In this document: one piece after another, positions 38,470-47,022 of the stretch
Position numbering within the stretch: position 1 is the stretch's first letter
How the letters are laid out: the number at the start of each line of letters is the position of its first letter
Assembly: GCA_963779415.1 (NCBI GenBank)
Contig: CAVZYA010000002.1
Coordinates: forward strand, 224,001-288,000
Reading direction: 5' to 3'
Length of the DNA: 64,000 bases
DNA from: an uncultured Acidobacteriota bacterium
GTDB taxonomy: Bacteria > Acidobacteriota > Thermoanaerobaculia > UBA5066
Notes under the pieces: generated by a model
Databases searched by the model: none
Told to the model about the DNA's origin: nothing
The model's input: only the letters and a program-made list of their open reading frames with translations
Translations under genes and position numbers: made by a program

Positions 38470-39965
38470 GCTCGGCTCTCCTTCCGGAGACGGTGTTTCA
38501 GAAAGGATCCAAGGACCATCGCCGCCGCCGAGCCGACGTACGCCGAGAGCCCCGACCAGTAGGGTCCGATCGTCTCGCGCGCCGTCCGCGACGTCGCGGG
38601 GAGCTGCTCGAGGACGAGGTAGAGAACGGGGACGATCGCACCGACCGCGATGGCGGCGCCGGCCCCCCACGAGTTCGCCCCCTTGAGATAGCAGCCCGAG
38701 ACGAGGAGGACCGACATGCTCGCGAGGTAGATCGTCCCGGTGACGCCGAGGTAGGTCCAGAGGTCTCCCTTGAGCGGATACCAGAGCCCGTAGAAAAGGA
38801 GGAAGACGCCGATCGCAGCGACGATCGCCCGGTTGGCCCGAAGGCTCCGCCGTTCGTCCCACGCCCCGCCGCGCCGGAAGGGGGCGAGGATGTCGTTCCA
38901 GATGACGCTCGCCCAGGTCAGCATGTAGCTCGAGTCGGTGCTCATGTCGGCCGCGAGCATCGCGGCGACGAGAAGGCCCATCAGCCCCGCGGGGACGAAG
39001 GTCCCGAGGAAGCGCGGCATGGCGTGGAGCGAGTCGGCGCCGGGCCCGAGGACGGCGAGAGCCGCGATCCCCCAGATCCCCGGGACGAGAAAGCGCGCCA
39101 CGAAGAAGAAGCTCGTTCGGGTGAAGACGCGCCTCCCCGTCGCCGCGTCGCGGGCCGAGAGGACTCGCTGGAGGATCGTCTGCCACGTCAGGACGATCGC
39201 GAGGTTGAGGCAGGCGTTGAAGAGAAGGTAGGGCCACCCCATCGTCGGGTTCGCGAGCGGGCTGAATCCTCCCGCTCCGCGGTGACGGGTCACGGCGTCG
39301 ACCAGGGCGCTCCAGCCGATGTTCGAAAGGATCAGGGCCGTCACCGCGATGAGGCCGATGCTCATGACGACGAACTGGAGGAAGTCGGTGACGAGGACCG
39401 AGAGCATCCCGCCGAGGACCGTGTAGAGCGCGACGAGGACGAGAAGGGCCGTCATCACCAGCTCGAGGCGGTGGTCCGACGCCCAGCCGGCGCCGCTCCC
39501 GGCGCCGAGGCGCGTCACCTCCAGGAGAAACTCGCCCCCCGTCCGAAGGAAGACCCCCATGTTCAGGAGGCCTCCGAGGACGATGACGACGCCGGAGGCC
39601 CAACGGACGCGCGGGCCGAACCGCTTCTCGAAGAACTCCGGGAGGGTGACGACACCCGATTCCCGGAGCGGCCCGATGCAGAAGCCCGTCGCGCCGACGC
39701 CCCACATCGCGGCGGCGAGCAGGAGGCCGGGGACCGCCCCCGAGAAGCCCTTCTCGAACCCGTTCTGCGCCCCGTACATGCACGTGACGATCCCGAACTC
39801 GGTCGCCGCGAGGCTCGCGATCCCGAGGGAGACGTCCATCTCGCGCCCGGCGACGAGGAAGTGCTCCACGGTCCCGACGTACCTCTTCATCGCGAGGCCG
39901 GCCGCCATCGTCCCGAGGAGGTAGAGCCCGACGAGCCCCCCGTCCAGCGGTGAAAAGCCCGTCAC
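38466..39965 (-). CDS. Sodium:solute symporter (SSS) family transporter
   Basis: FLVAGR, TLPEFFEKRF, YTVLGGM.SV..TD..QF, AAMLAADMST; many TM helices. Confidence 0.92.
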   Translation of the reverse strand: MTGFSPLDGGLVGLYLLGTMAAGLAMKRYVGTVEHFLVAGREMDVSLGIASLAATEFGIVTCMYGAQNGFEKGFSGAVPGLLLAAAMWGVGATGFCIGPLRESGVVTLPEFFEKRFGPRVRWASGVVIVLGGLLNMGVFLRTGGEFLLEVTRLGAGSGAGWASDHRLELVMTALLVLVALYTVLGGMLSVLVTDFLQFVVMSIGLIAVTALILSNIGWSALVDAVTRHRGAGGFSPLANPTMGWPYLLFNACLNLAIVLTWQTILQRVLSARDAATGRRVFTRTSFFFVARFLVPGIWGIAALAVLGPGADSLHAMPRFLGTFVPAGLMGLLVAAMLAADMSTDSSYMLTWASVIWNDILAPFRRGGAWDERRSLRANRAIVAAIGVFLLFYGLWYPLKGDLWTYLGVTGTIYLASMSVLLVSGCYLKGANSWGAGAAIAVGAIVPVLYLVLEQLPATSRTARETIGPYWSGLSAYVGSAAAMVLGSFLKHRLRKESRA

Positions 39966-41085
39966 CTAAGGCGCCTCCGCCTTCGCCGCGACGCGCGCGA
40001 CGAGGCCCGACAGCTCCTCTTCGCGCTCTTCCAGCGATTTCACGAGCGCGAACTGGGTCCGGGCCCGGTCGAGGTTCTGGCCGGGGCGATGGATCCGGAA
40101 GTAGACGTCCCCCTCGAGGTGATCCGTCAGGAAGCGCATCCCGCACTCGTACGTCAGGAGCTTTCCCGCGACGACGAGGAGGTCCCGCTCGAGAGGAGAG
40201 AGGACCTCCCCGATCGCCTCGAGCCAGCCCCGGACGAGCGCCTCGAACATCGGGACGCTCGCGACGACGCGCGAGGCGTCCGGCTCGTCCTCGGCGAGAG
40301 GGTTCGCCGCCGTCCGGACCATGTCGCCGAAGTCGTGGAGGAGGAGCCCCGGCATCACGGTGTCGAGGTCGATGACGCAGATCCCCTCCCCCGTCACGTC
40401 GTCGAGGAGGACGTTGTTCAGCTTCGTGTCGTTGTGCGTGACCCGCTCGGCGAGGAGCCCGGACGCCGCGAGGGAGGCAAGGGTCGCCGCGAGCGCCTCC
40501 CGCCTCTCCGCGAAGTCGATCTCCCGCGCCACGCTCGGCCGCGCGGTTCCGCGCGTCCCGCGCTACGGCCTCGCGAAGACGGAGGAGCCGCGTCGGCGTG
40601 TCGTGAAAATGGGGGATCGTCTCCGCGAGGCGTGGCGGCGGCAGATCAGAAAGGAGCCGCAGGAACGTGCCGAACGCCTTTGCCGCCTCGTACGCCTGCT
40701 TCGGAGAGGAAAGGACGTCCCAGCTCTGCGCCCCTTCCACGAAGCCGTAGGCCCGGAAGACGCGTCCTTCCGCATCGCGGTGGAGGTCCGCGCCGCTCCG
40801 CGCGGGGATCAGAACGAGCGCCCGCCGGGAGGCGTCGGGGGTTCCGGCGAGCTTCGCCGTGAGATGGCGCGTCACGCGCGTGACGTTCGCCATGAGCGCC
40901 TCGGGGTCGCAAAAGACCTCCGTGTTGATCCGCTGGAGGATCGCCCGCCGCACGGGCCCTCCCTCGAGCGTCACCGCCCACGTCTCGTTGATGTGCCCGC
41001 TCCCCCACGGCGTGAAGCCGACGGGCCTCCCCGGAAAGACGAACGCGGCGGCGGCCGGAGCGAGATGGCGCGGGTCGGTCTTCAT
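39966..41085 (-). CDS. APH-family sugar-1-kinase (N-acetylhexosamine kinase/AmgK-like); frameshift near 40535
   Basis: G.GHIN.T, LQRIN..VF, ETIP.FHDT, THNDTKLNN, IDLDTVMPG, RFLTD.L.GD.YF. Confidence 0.85.
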
Positions 41086-41996
41086 CCCTTGCTCCAGAGA
41101 GGGCTCGGATAGAGCCCCGCCTCCACCCGCTCCCGGATCGCGTCGCGAACGCGCGGCAGGTCCTCGCGGTACGTCACGCCGAACCATTCCTCCTCGGTCG
41201 GGAGGACGGAGACCTCGGCACGACGGGCCTTGAGCGCCGCGTCGACGGCCGCGGGAAGATAGAACTCGGCCTTCGGGTCGCTTCCCCGCTGCGCGAGGAA
41301 CCGTTCGAAGCCGCTTTCCAGCTCGTCGAAGAGGGCCGGCGTGAATCCCCAGAGGTTCAGCGAGACCGGCTCGTCTCCCGAGAAGCGGCGCACCGCCCCG
41401 CCGGGGCCGGTCCCGATGATCCCGTCCGTCTCCGCCCGGAGGTCCGTATGCTCCGTCACGTCGAGGAGCCGCCCCCCCGGCGAGGCCGTGCAGACGCCCC
41501 GCGAGACGGTGCCGTGCCCGGAGAGGGTATTGCGGAGCCGGAAGGCGACGAGGGCCCAGCGCGAAAGCCCTCGTCGCGCCGGCTCCGAGAGAAACGCCGT
41601 CAGCTTCGGGAGGCCATCGGCTCCGTACCAGTCGTCCGCGTTGATCACGACGAAGGGGTTCGCGACGACGGAACGCGCGGCACGGACGGCGTGCCCCGTC
41701 CCCCACGGCCTGGACCTTCCCGCCGGGACGACGAAGCCCGCGGGGAGGTCGGCGAGCTTCTGATGGGCGTAGACGATTTCGAGGCGCGACCCGTACTTCC
41801 GCCCGACGATCTCGTGAAACTCGCTCTCCATCTCCGGCCGGACGACGAAGACCGCCCGCCGGATGCCGGCGCGCCACGCGTCGTAGACGGCGTAGTCGGT
41901 CAGCGTCTCTCCGCCGGGGCCGACGGGGACGAGCTGCTTCAGCCCTCCGAAGCGCGAGCCGGCGCCCGCGGCCATCACGACGAGATCGACCGACAT
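41082..41996 (-). CDS. Sugar-phosphate nucleotidyltransferase
   Basis: MAAG.GSRFGGLKQ, PWGTGHA, INADD, WFGVTY.ED. Confidence 0.9.
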   Translation of the reverse strand: MSVDLVVMAAGAGSRFGGLKQLVPVGPGGETLTDYAVYDAWRAGIRRAVFVVRPEMESEFHEIVGRKYGSRLEIVYAHQKLADLPAGFVVPAGRSRPWGTGHAVRAARSVVANPFVVINADDWYGADGLPKLTAFLSEPARRGLSRWALVAFRLRNTLSGHGTVSRGVCTASPGGRLLDVTEHTDLRAETDGIIGTGPGGAVRRFSGDEPVSLNLWGFTPALFDELESGFERFLAQRGSDPKAEFYLPAAVDAALKARRAEVSVLPTEEEWFGVTYREDLPRVRDAIRERVEAGLYPSPLWSKG

Positions 41997-42092
41997 CGAG
42001 GTTTCCCGCCGGACTGTAGCCGATCAGGGCCCGCTCCGGCGCGGGCGCCCCGCCCGACGGCCGTATCCTCGACCCTTCCGGAAGGAGGTTTC

Positions 42093-43688
42093 ATGCCGCT
42101 CCGCCGCCCGAGAGCCCTCTTCTTCTTCGCCGCCTGCGTCGCCGCGTTCTTCGCGGTCGCCCCGCTCCTCGCGCAGCCCCCCGCCGCGCCCGCCCCGGGC
42201 GCGCCGGCCGCGCCGAAGCCCTCGGCCGATCCTCTCGCGGGATGGGACGAGTTCGTGAACAAGGCGCTCGCCGACTGGCGCGTTCCCGGCGTCGCCATGG
42301 CCGTGGTGAAGGACGACAAGGTCCTTCTCCTGAAGGGGTACGGATTCCGCGACGCCGAGAAGAAGCTCCCCGTGACCGACCGGACGCTCTTCGCGATCGG
42401 CTCGGCCACGAAGGCGTTCACGACGTTCGTCATGGGAACGCTCGCGGACGAGGGAAGGCTCGACTGGCAGGCGCCCGTGACGCGGTACATCCCCGACTTC
42501 CGGCTGAAGGACCCCGTCGCCACCGAGCGGATGAACTCCGTCGACCTCGTGACGCACCGGTCGGGACTCCCCCGGCACGACGCCCTCTGGTACAACGCGA
42601 CGCTCTCGCGGAAGGAGATGGTCGAGCGCCTCCGCTGGCTCGAGCCGTCGAAGGACTTCCGGACCGACTTCCAGTACAACAACCTGATGTTCCTGACCGC
42701 CGGCTACATCGCCGAGCGGATCACGGGGCAGTCATGGGAGGAGACGGTCCGGGCGCGGATCTTCGTGCCCCTCGGAATGACGAGCTGCAACTTCTCCGTG
42801 GCCGAGTCACAGAAGACTTCCGATTTCGCCCTCCCTTACGAAGAGCGTGTCGATGGGTTCCATCGGATGGAGTTCCGGAACGTCTCGAACGTTGGACCAG
42901 CCCTTTCGATCAACGCTTCTGCTCAGGACCTCGTCCCCTGGCTCCGCGTCCACCTGAACGGCGGGAAGTCCGTGGTCAGCCCGGGGACCATTGCTTTCCT
43001 TCACACGCCGCAGATGGAGACGGGCGTAAAGCAGACCGAGCCGGAGATCGTCCCCGGCGGCTACGCGCTCGGCTGGTTCACCGACGTCTACCGCGGCGTC
43101 CAACGGATTTTCGACGGCGGAGACATCGACGGCTTCACGGCTCTCGTCCTCCTCGTCCCGTCGGAGAAGATCGGGATCGCGATTCTCGCGAACGAGGATC
43201 ACACGCCCTTACCCCAACTTCTCGCCCGTCATGCGATCGACCGGCTTCTCGGCTTTTCGCCCCGGGACTGGAGCGCGGAAGGCCTCGCGCGGCAGACGAA
43301 GAGACGCGACCTCGCGAAGGAGGGGGCGGCGAAGACGGCGATGGTCCGGAAGATCGGGACGAAGCCGGCGCACCCGATCGCCGACTACGTCGGCGAATAC
43401 GAGCATCCGGCCTACGGGACCTTGCGGATCGCGCAGACAGCCGCCGGTCTCGAGATGACCTACAACCGGATCGTGACTCCGATGGAGCACTGGCAGTACG
43501 AGGTCTGGAAGGGACTGAGGAAGGATGGAGAGAAGACAGATAACACCTTCGAGAACTTCCGGATTCAGTTCCTGACCGATTTCGACGGGGAGGTCTCCGG
43601 CGTCGCCGCCCCAATGGAGCTGAAAGTGAAGGACATCGTCTTCACCCGTCGGTCCAGCGAGGTCCACTCGGCGAAGCGGGCGGAATAG
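42093..43688 (+). CDS. Serine hydrolase, beta-lactamase/PBP-like, with DUF3471-like C-terminus
   Basis: Signal peptide, SATK (SxxK), THRSGL, YNN, YVGEY.HP.YG; AAGGAGG RBS. Confidence 0.9.
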   Translation: MPLRRPRALFFFAACVAAFFAVAPLLAQPPAAPAPGAPAAPKPSADPLAGWDEFVNKALADWRVPGVAMAVVKDDKVLLLKGYGFRDAEKKLPVTDRTLFAIGSATKAFTTFVMGTLADEGRLDWQAPVTRYIPDFRLKDPVATERMNSVDLVTHRSGLPRHDALWYNATLSRKEMVERLRWLEPSKDFRTDFQYNNLMFLTAGYIAERITGQSWEETVRARIFVPLGMTSCNFSVAESQKTSDFALPYEERVDGFHRMEFRNVSNVGPALSINASAQDLVPWLRVHLNGGKSVVSPGTIAFLHTPQMETGVKQTEPEIVPGGYALGWFTDVYRGVQRIFDGGDIDGFTALVLLVPSEKIGIAILANEDHTPLPQLLARHAIDRLLGFSPRDWSAEGLARQTKRRDLAKEGAAKTAMVRKIGTKPAHPIADYVGEYEHPAYGTLRIAQTAAGLEMTYNRIVTPMEHWQYEVWKGLRKDGEKTDNTFENFRIQFLTDFDGEVSGVAAPMELKVKDIVFTRRSSEVHSAKRAE

Positions 43689-43703
43689 CCGGCCCACCTC
43701 GCC

Positions 43704-43737
43704 CGTCCGTTCGCCGGCACCGGACGTCCGTTCGCCG
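43704..43737 (+). promoter_or_regulatory. LytTR-type operator: direct repeat CGTCCGTTCGCCG, two copies, 21-bp period
   Basis: Exact 13-mers at 43704 and 43725; TACCTT -10-like box at 43769; lies directly upstream of an operon encoding a LytTR regulator. Confidence 0.75.
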
Positions 43738-43792
43738 AAAAGAGCGGGACGAAGGTAGGAGACGTCCGTACCTTTGGGGTGGGAGAGCCACC

Positions 43793-44518
43793 ATGAACGA
43801 CCTCACCCCCCTTCCCACCCACCCGCCGGCTTCGATCGGGAAGCTCGTCTTCGGCGTGATCCTCGCAATCCTCGGCCTCCTCTTCACGCTCGACAACTTC
43901 GGTCTCGTCGAGGTCCGCCACGTCGAGCGGCTCTGGCCCGTCATCCTGATCGCCATCGGCGTGGCACAGCTCGCGCAGAACTGGCGGACGCGCCCCTTCG
44001 GCGGGTTCGTCCTCGTCGCCCTCGGCGCTTTCTTCCTCCTCCGGAACTACCACGTCATCGACCTCTCCCTCGGGAAGCTGATCCCGCTCGTCCTCGTCGT
44101 CATCGGCCTGAGAATCGCCTTCGGCGCCCTCGGCGGGCGCGCGGGCGCGTGGGACCGGAGCGGCCCGCCTGCCGCTCTCGACGACTGGGTGCGCGGCTTC
44201 GTCGCCTTCGGCGGCCTCGAGCGGCGGATCGCCTCGCCGCAGTTCCGGGGAGGCGACATCGGCGCCTTCTGCGGCGGCTGGGAACTGGACCTCTCCAAGG
44301 CGAAGCTCGGCCCGGGCCGGGAAGCCCGGATCGACGTCTTCGCCTGGTGGGGGGGAGGCGAGATCCGCATCCCGGAGGAGTGGAACGTCGTCGTCCAGGT
44401 CGTGCCGCTCCTCGCGGGCACCAGCGACAAGACGCGGCATCCGGTCCCGGGGACCGAAACCGGAACCCTCGTCGTGACGGGGACCGTCGTCATGGGCGGC
44501 GTCGAGATCAAGAACTGA
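43793..44518 (+). CDS. LiaF/LiaI-like membrane protein (DUF5668 plus LiaF C-terminal domain)
   Basis: LWPVILIAIG TM block; FGG, GG.ELDL, GG.EI..P..W.V. Confidence 0.8.
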   Translation: MNDLTPLPTHPPASIGKLVFGVILAILGLLFTLDNFGLVEVRHVERLWPVILIAIGVAQLAQNWRTRPFGGFVLVALGAFFLLRNYHVIDLSLGKLIPLVLVVIGLRIAFGALGGRAGAWDRSGPPAALDDWVRGFVAFGGLERRIASPQFRGGDIGAFCGGWELDLSKAKLGPGREARIDVFAWWGGGEIRIPEEWNVVVQVVPLLAGTSDKTRHPVPGTETGTLVVTGTVVMGGVEIKN

Positions 44519-44528
44519 AGGATCGGCC

Positions 44529-45590
44529 GTGAACCCGATCCTCGCCTCCGGCGGTCGGCTCGGGCCGTATCTCCTCGCCTGGGTTCCCCTGACCGTCGTC
44601 ACCGGGACCCTTCTCGTCCTCGCCGCCGGCCTGACGCCGCTCGAGGCCGCCCTCCTGACGCCGCCACTCACGGTCGTCTACGCCTTTCTCTGCCTCTCGT
44701 CGTGGTACCTCTGCCGGTCCCTTCCGGCAGGGGCGGCGACGCTCGCACGGCTCTCGGGGACGATCGTGGCGGCCGCCGTCATCGCCGGCCTCCTCTGGGC
44801 CGCGTGGGGGGCGACGGTCGTCTGGGGGCTCGCGACGGTCCCGTCGCTCGCCACCCTCCCCGACCATCTCCCCGCGATCACGCCCGTCATCGTCCTTCTC
44901 GGCGTCCTCCTCTACCTTCTCGCGGCCGCGGTCCACTACGTCCTTCTCGCCGTCGACCGCGCCCGCGCCGACGAGGAGCGCGCGGCCGACCTCGCGCGCC
45001 TCGCCCGCGAGGCGGAGCTGAATGCCCTCCGGGCCCAGCTCAACCCGCACTTCCTCTTCAACAGCCTGAACTCGATCAGCGCGCTCGTGACGTCGAACCC
45101 GGCGCGGGCCCGCGAGATGTGCGTCCTCCTCGCCGACTTCTTCCGGAAGACGCTCGGCCTCTCCGACCGCTCCGCCATCCCGCTCTCGGAGGAGCTGGCT
45201 CTCGTCAGGAGCTACCTCGCGATCGAAGGGGTCCGCTTCGGCGGCCGCCTCGCCGTCGAGGAGGAGATCGAGCCGGCCGCCGCCTCGTGCTCGGTGCCGC
45301 CGCTCCTCCTCCAGCCGCTCGTCGAAAACGCCGTCAAGCACGGCATCGCAACCTGTCTCGACGGCGGCATCGTGAAGCTCGCCGCACGCCGGGGCGACGG
45401 CACCCTCCGGATCGAGCTTCAGAACCCCTTCGACCCCGAGGCGGCCGAGCCCGCCGGCGCGGGCGTCGGCCTCCGGAACGTCCGGCGGCGCCTCGCGGCG
45501 CGCTGGGGCGACCGGGCCGAGCTGAAGAACGAGAGCGACGGCGGCCGCTTCCGCGTCGAGCTTCGCGTCCCCGCCGAAACGGCGGCGTAG
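44529..45590 (+). CDS. LytS/YehU-family sensor histidine kinase
   Basis: LRAQLNPHFLFNSLN, LQPLVENAVKHG, GVGL.N. Confidence 0.93.
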   Translation: MNPILASGGRLGPYLLAWVPLTVVTGTLLVLAAGLTPLEAALLTPPLTVVYAFLCLSSWYLCRSLPAGAATLARLSGTIVAAAVIAGLLWAAWGATVVWGLATVPSLATLPDHLPAITPVIVLLGVLLYLLAAAVHYVLLAVDRARADEERAADLARLAREAELNALRAQLNPHFLFNSLNSISALVTSNPARAREMCVLLADFFRKTLGLSDRSAIPLSEELALVRSYLAIEGVRFGGRLAVEEEIEPAAASCSVPPLLLQPLVENAVKHGIATCLDGGIVKLAARRGDGTLRIELQNPFDPEAAEPAGAGVGLRNVRRRLAARWGDRAELKNESDGGRFRVELRVPAETAA

Positions 45591-45631
45591 AAGACCTTTC
45601 GCGGCGCGCCCCTCTCGGCGACACTCTCTCC

Positions 45632-46402
45632 GTGGCGTCCGACCCCGCCCCCCTCACGGCCGTCGTCGTCGACGACGAGCCGCTCGCCCGCGAGCTTCTC
45701 GGGGAGCTTCTCGGGACGATCGCGGGGGTTCGGATCGTCGCCGCCTGCGCGAACGGTTTCGAGGCGGTGAAGGCGATCGCCGACCTTGCTCCCGACGTCG
45801 TCTTTCTCGACATCCAGATGCCGCGGCTCGACGGGTTCGAGGTCCTGAGCCTTCTTCCCCGTCGAGAGGACGGGCGCCCGGCCGTCGTCTTCGTCACCGC
45901 GTACGACCAGTACGCCGTGAAGGCCTTCGAGGCGAACGCCGTCGACTATCTCCTGAAGCCCTTCGACCGGGCGCGCCTCGGGACGGCCGTCGAGCGCGTC
46001 CGCGCGCGTCTCGCCGCCGGGCGCGCCGCCCCGCCCCCGGGGCTCGCCGCCGAGGCGCGAGATCCTTCCCGCTCCGTGTCGCGCGTCGTCGTCCGCGATG
46101 GGCGAAACATCATCGTCCTTCCCGTCGCGACGATCGACTGGGTGAAGGCGGAGGACGACTACGTCCTCCTCCGCTCCGGCGGCCATGACCACCTGAAGGC
46201 CGACACGCTCGCGAGCCTCGAGGCGCAGCTCCCGCGGGACCGATTCGTCCGGATTCACCGCTCGTACCTCGTCAATCTCGACCGGATCGTCCGGATCGAG
46301 GCGGGCTCCGCGGGAGGTCAGGTCGCCGTCCTTCGCGACGGGACGTCGCTCCCGGTCAGCCGCGCGGGAGGCCAGCGCCTTCGCGAACGGATCGGCGGGT
46401 AG
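45632..46402 (+). CDS. LytTR-family response regulator
   Basis: VVDDE, FLDIQMP, FVTAY, DYLLKP, FVRIHRSYLVN, LPVSR. Confidence 0.94.
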   Translation: MASDPAPLTAVVVDDEPLARELLGELLGTIAGVRIVAACANGFEAVKAIADLAPDVVFLDIQMPRLDGFEVLSLLPRREDGRPAVVFVTAYDQYAVKAFEANAVDYLLKPFDRARLGTAVERVRARLAAGRAAPPPGLAAEARDPSRSVSRVVVRDGRNIIVLPVATIDWVKAEDDYVLLRSGGHDHLKADTLASLEAQLPRDRFVRIHRSYLVNLDRIVRIEAGSAGGQVAVLRDGTSLPVSRAGGQRLRERIGG

Positions 46403-46411
46403 ACTCGATCC

Positions 46412-46960
46412 GTGGAGGCGCCGCGCGTCGCCGAGACCGGTCCCGGGTCCCCCGCTCTTTCGCTCACGGGACGCGAGGCCGTTTTGATCGTCCTCTCCGG
46501 GGCGACGGGCTCGGACGTCACGTCTCTCCGCGCGGGGGACGCCGCCATCGGCCCTCCCGCCCTCCTCGTCTCCTTCGCCGGGGAGGGGCGCGCACGCCTT
46601 CTCGTCGAGGAGCGCGGGGAGCCCGGACGTCCCGAGGCGGTCCGGATCGGACGGGACGACCTCGTCGGGACTTGCCTTCCGGGCGTCACCGGAATCCGCG
46701 TCCTCCATCGGAGCGCCGGGGGGGTCCTTCTCCGGCTCGGGCCCCCTCCGGGGGTCCGTTGGCTCGTGACGGGACTGCGCGCCGTCGCCCTCTTCACGGG
46801 AAAGCTTCTCCTCTACGAGTCGGGAGGAATCCGCTCCCTCTCGGCCGGAGACTGCGCCCTCCCGGACGACCCCGCGCGGACGATTCCGCTTCAGGCCGGG
46901 AACGACTCGGCCGTCGCCCTCGCCCTCGCCGCGCCCGGCGTCCGCGTCGCCATCGGCTGA
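46412..46960 (+). CDS. Hypothetical protein, possible degenerate bicupin
   Basis: Fills the gap after the regulator; two L.AGD motifs, beta-rich. Confidence 0.5.
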   Translation: MEAPRVAETGPGSPALSLTGREAVLIVLSGATGSDVTSLRAGDAAIGPPALLVSFAGEGRARLLVEERGEPGRPEAVRIGRDDLVGTCLPGVTGIRVLHRSAGGVLLRLGPPPGVRWLVTGLRAVALFTGKLLLYESGGIRSLSAGDCALPDDPARTIPLQAGNDSAVALALAAPGVRVAIG

Positions 46961-47022
46961 AGCGCGTTTCTGCAGGGCCGCGCGGATCGGGGGGAGAATG
47001 GGGCTCCGTTTCGGAGAGGACG

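Noticed and set aside
35674-41877. 2067-aa giant ORF
   Set aside because: A chimera of off-frame sequence, the kinase N-half and the glycosidase, kept open by high GC and a frameshift; the real genes have their own motifs and coupled starts.
43109-43125. DGG in place of the usual HGG triad of the serine hydrolase
   Set aside because: A single-base difference (GAC/CAC) in error-prone sequence; SxxK and YxN are intact.
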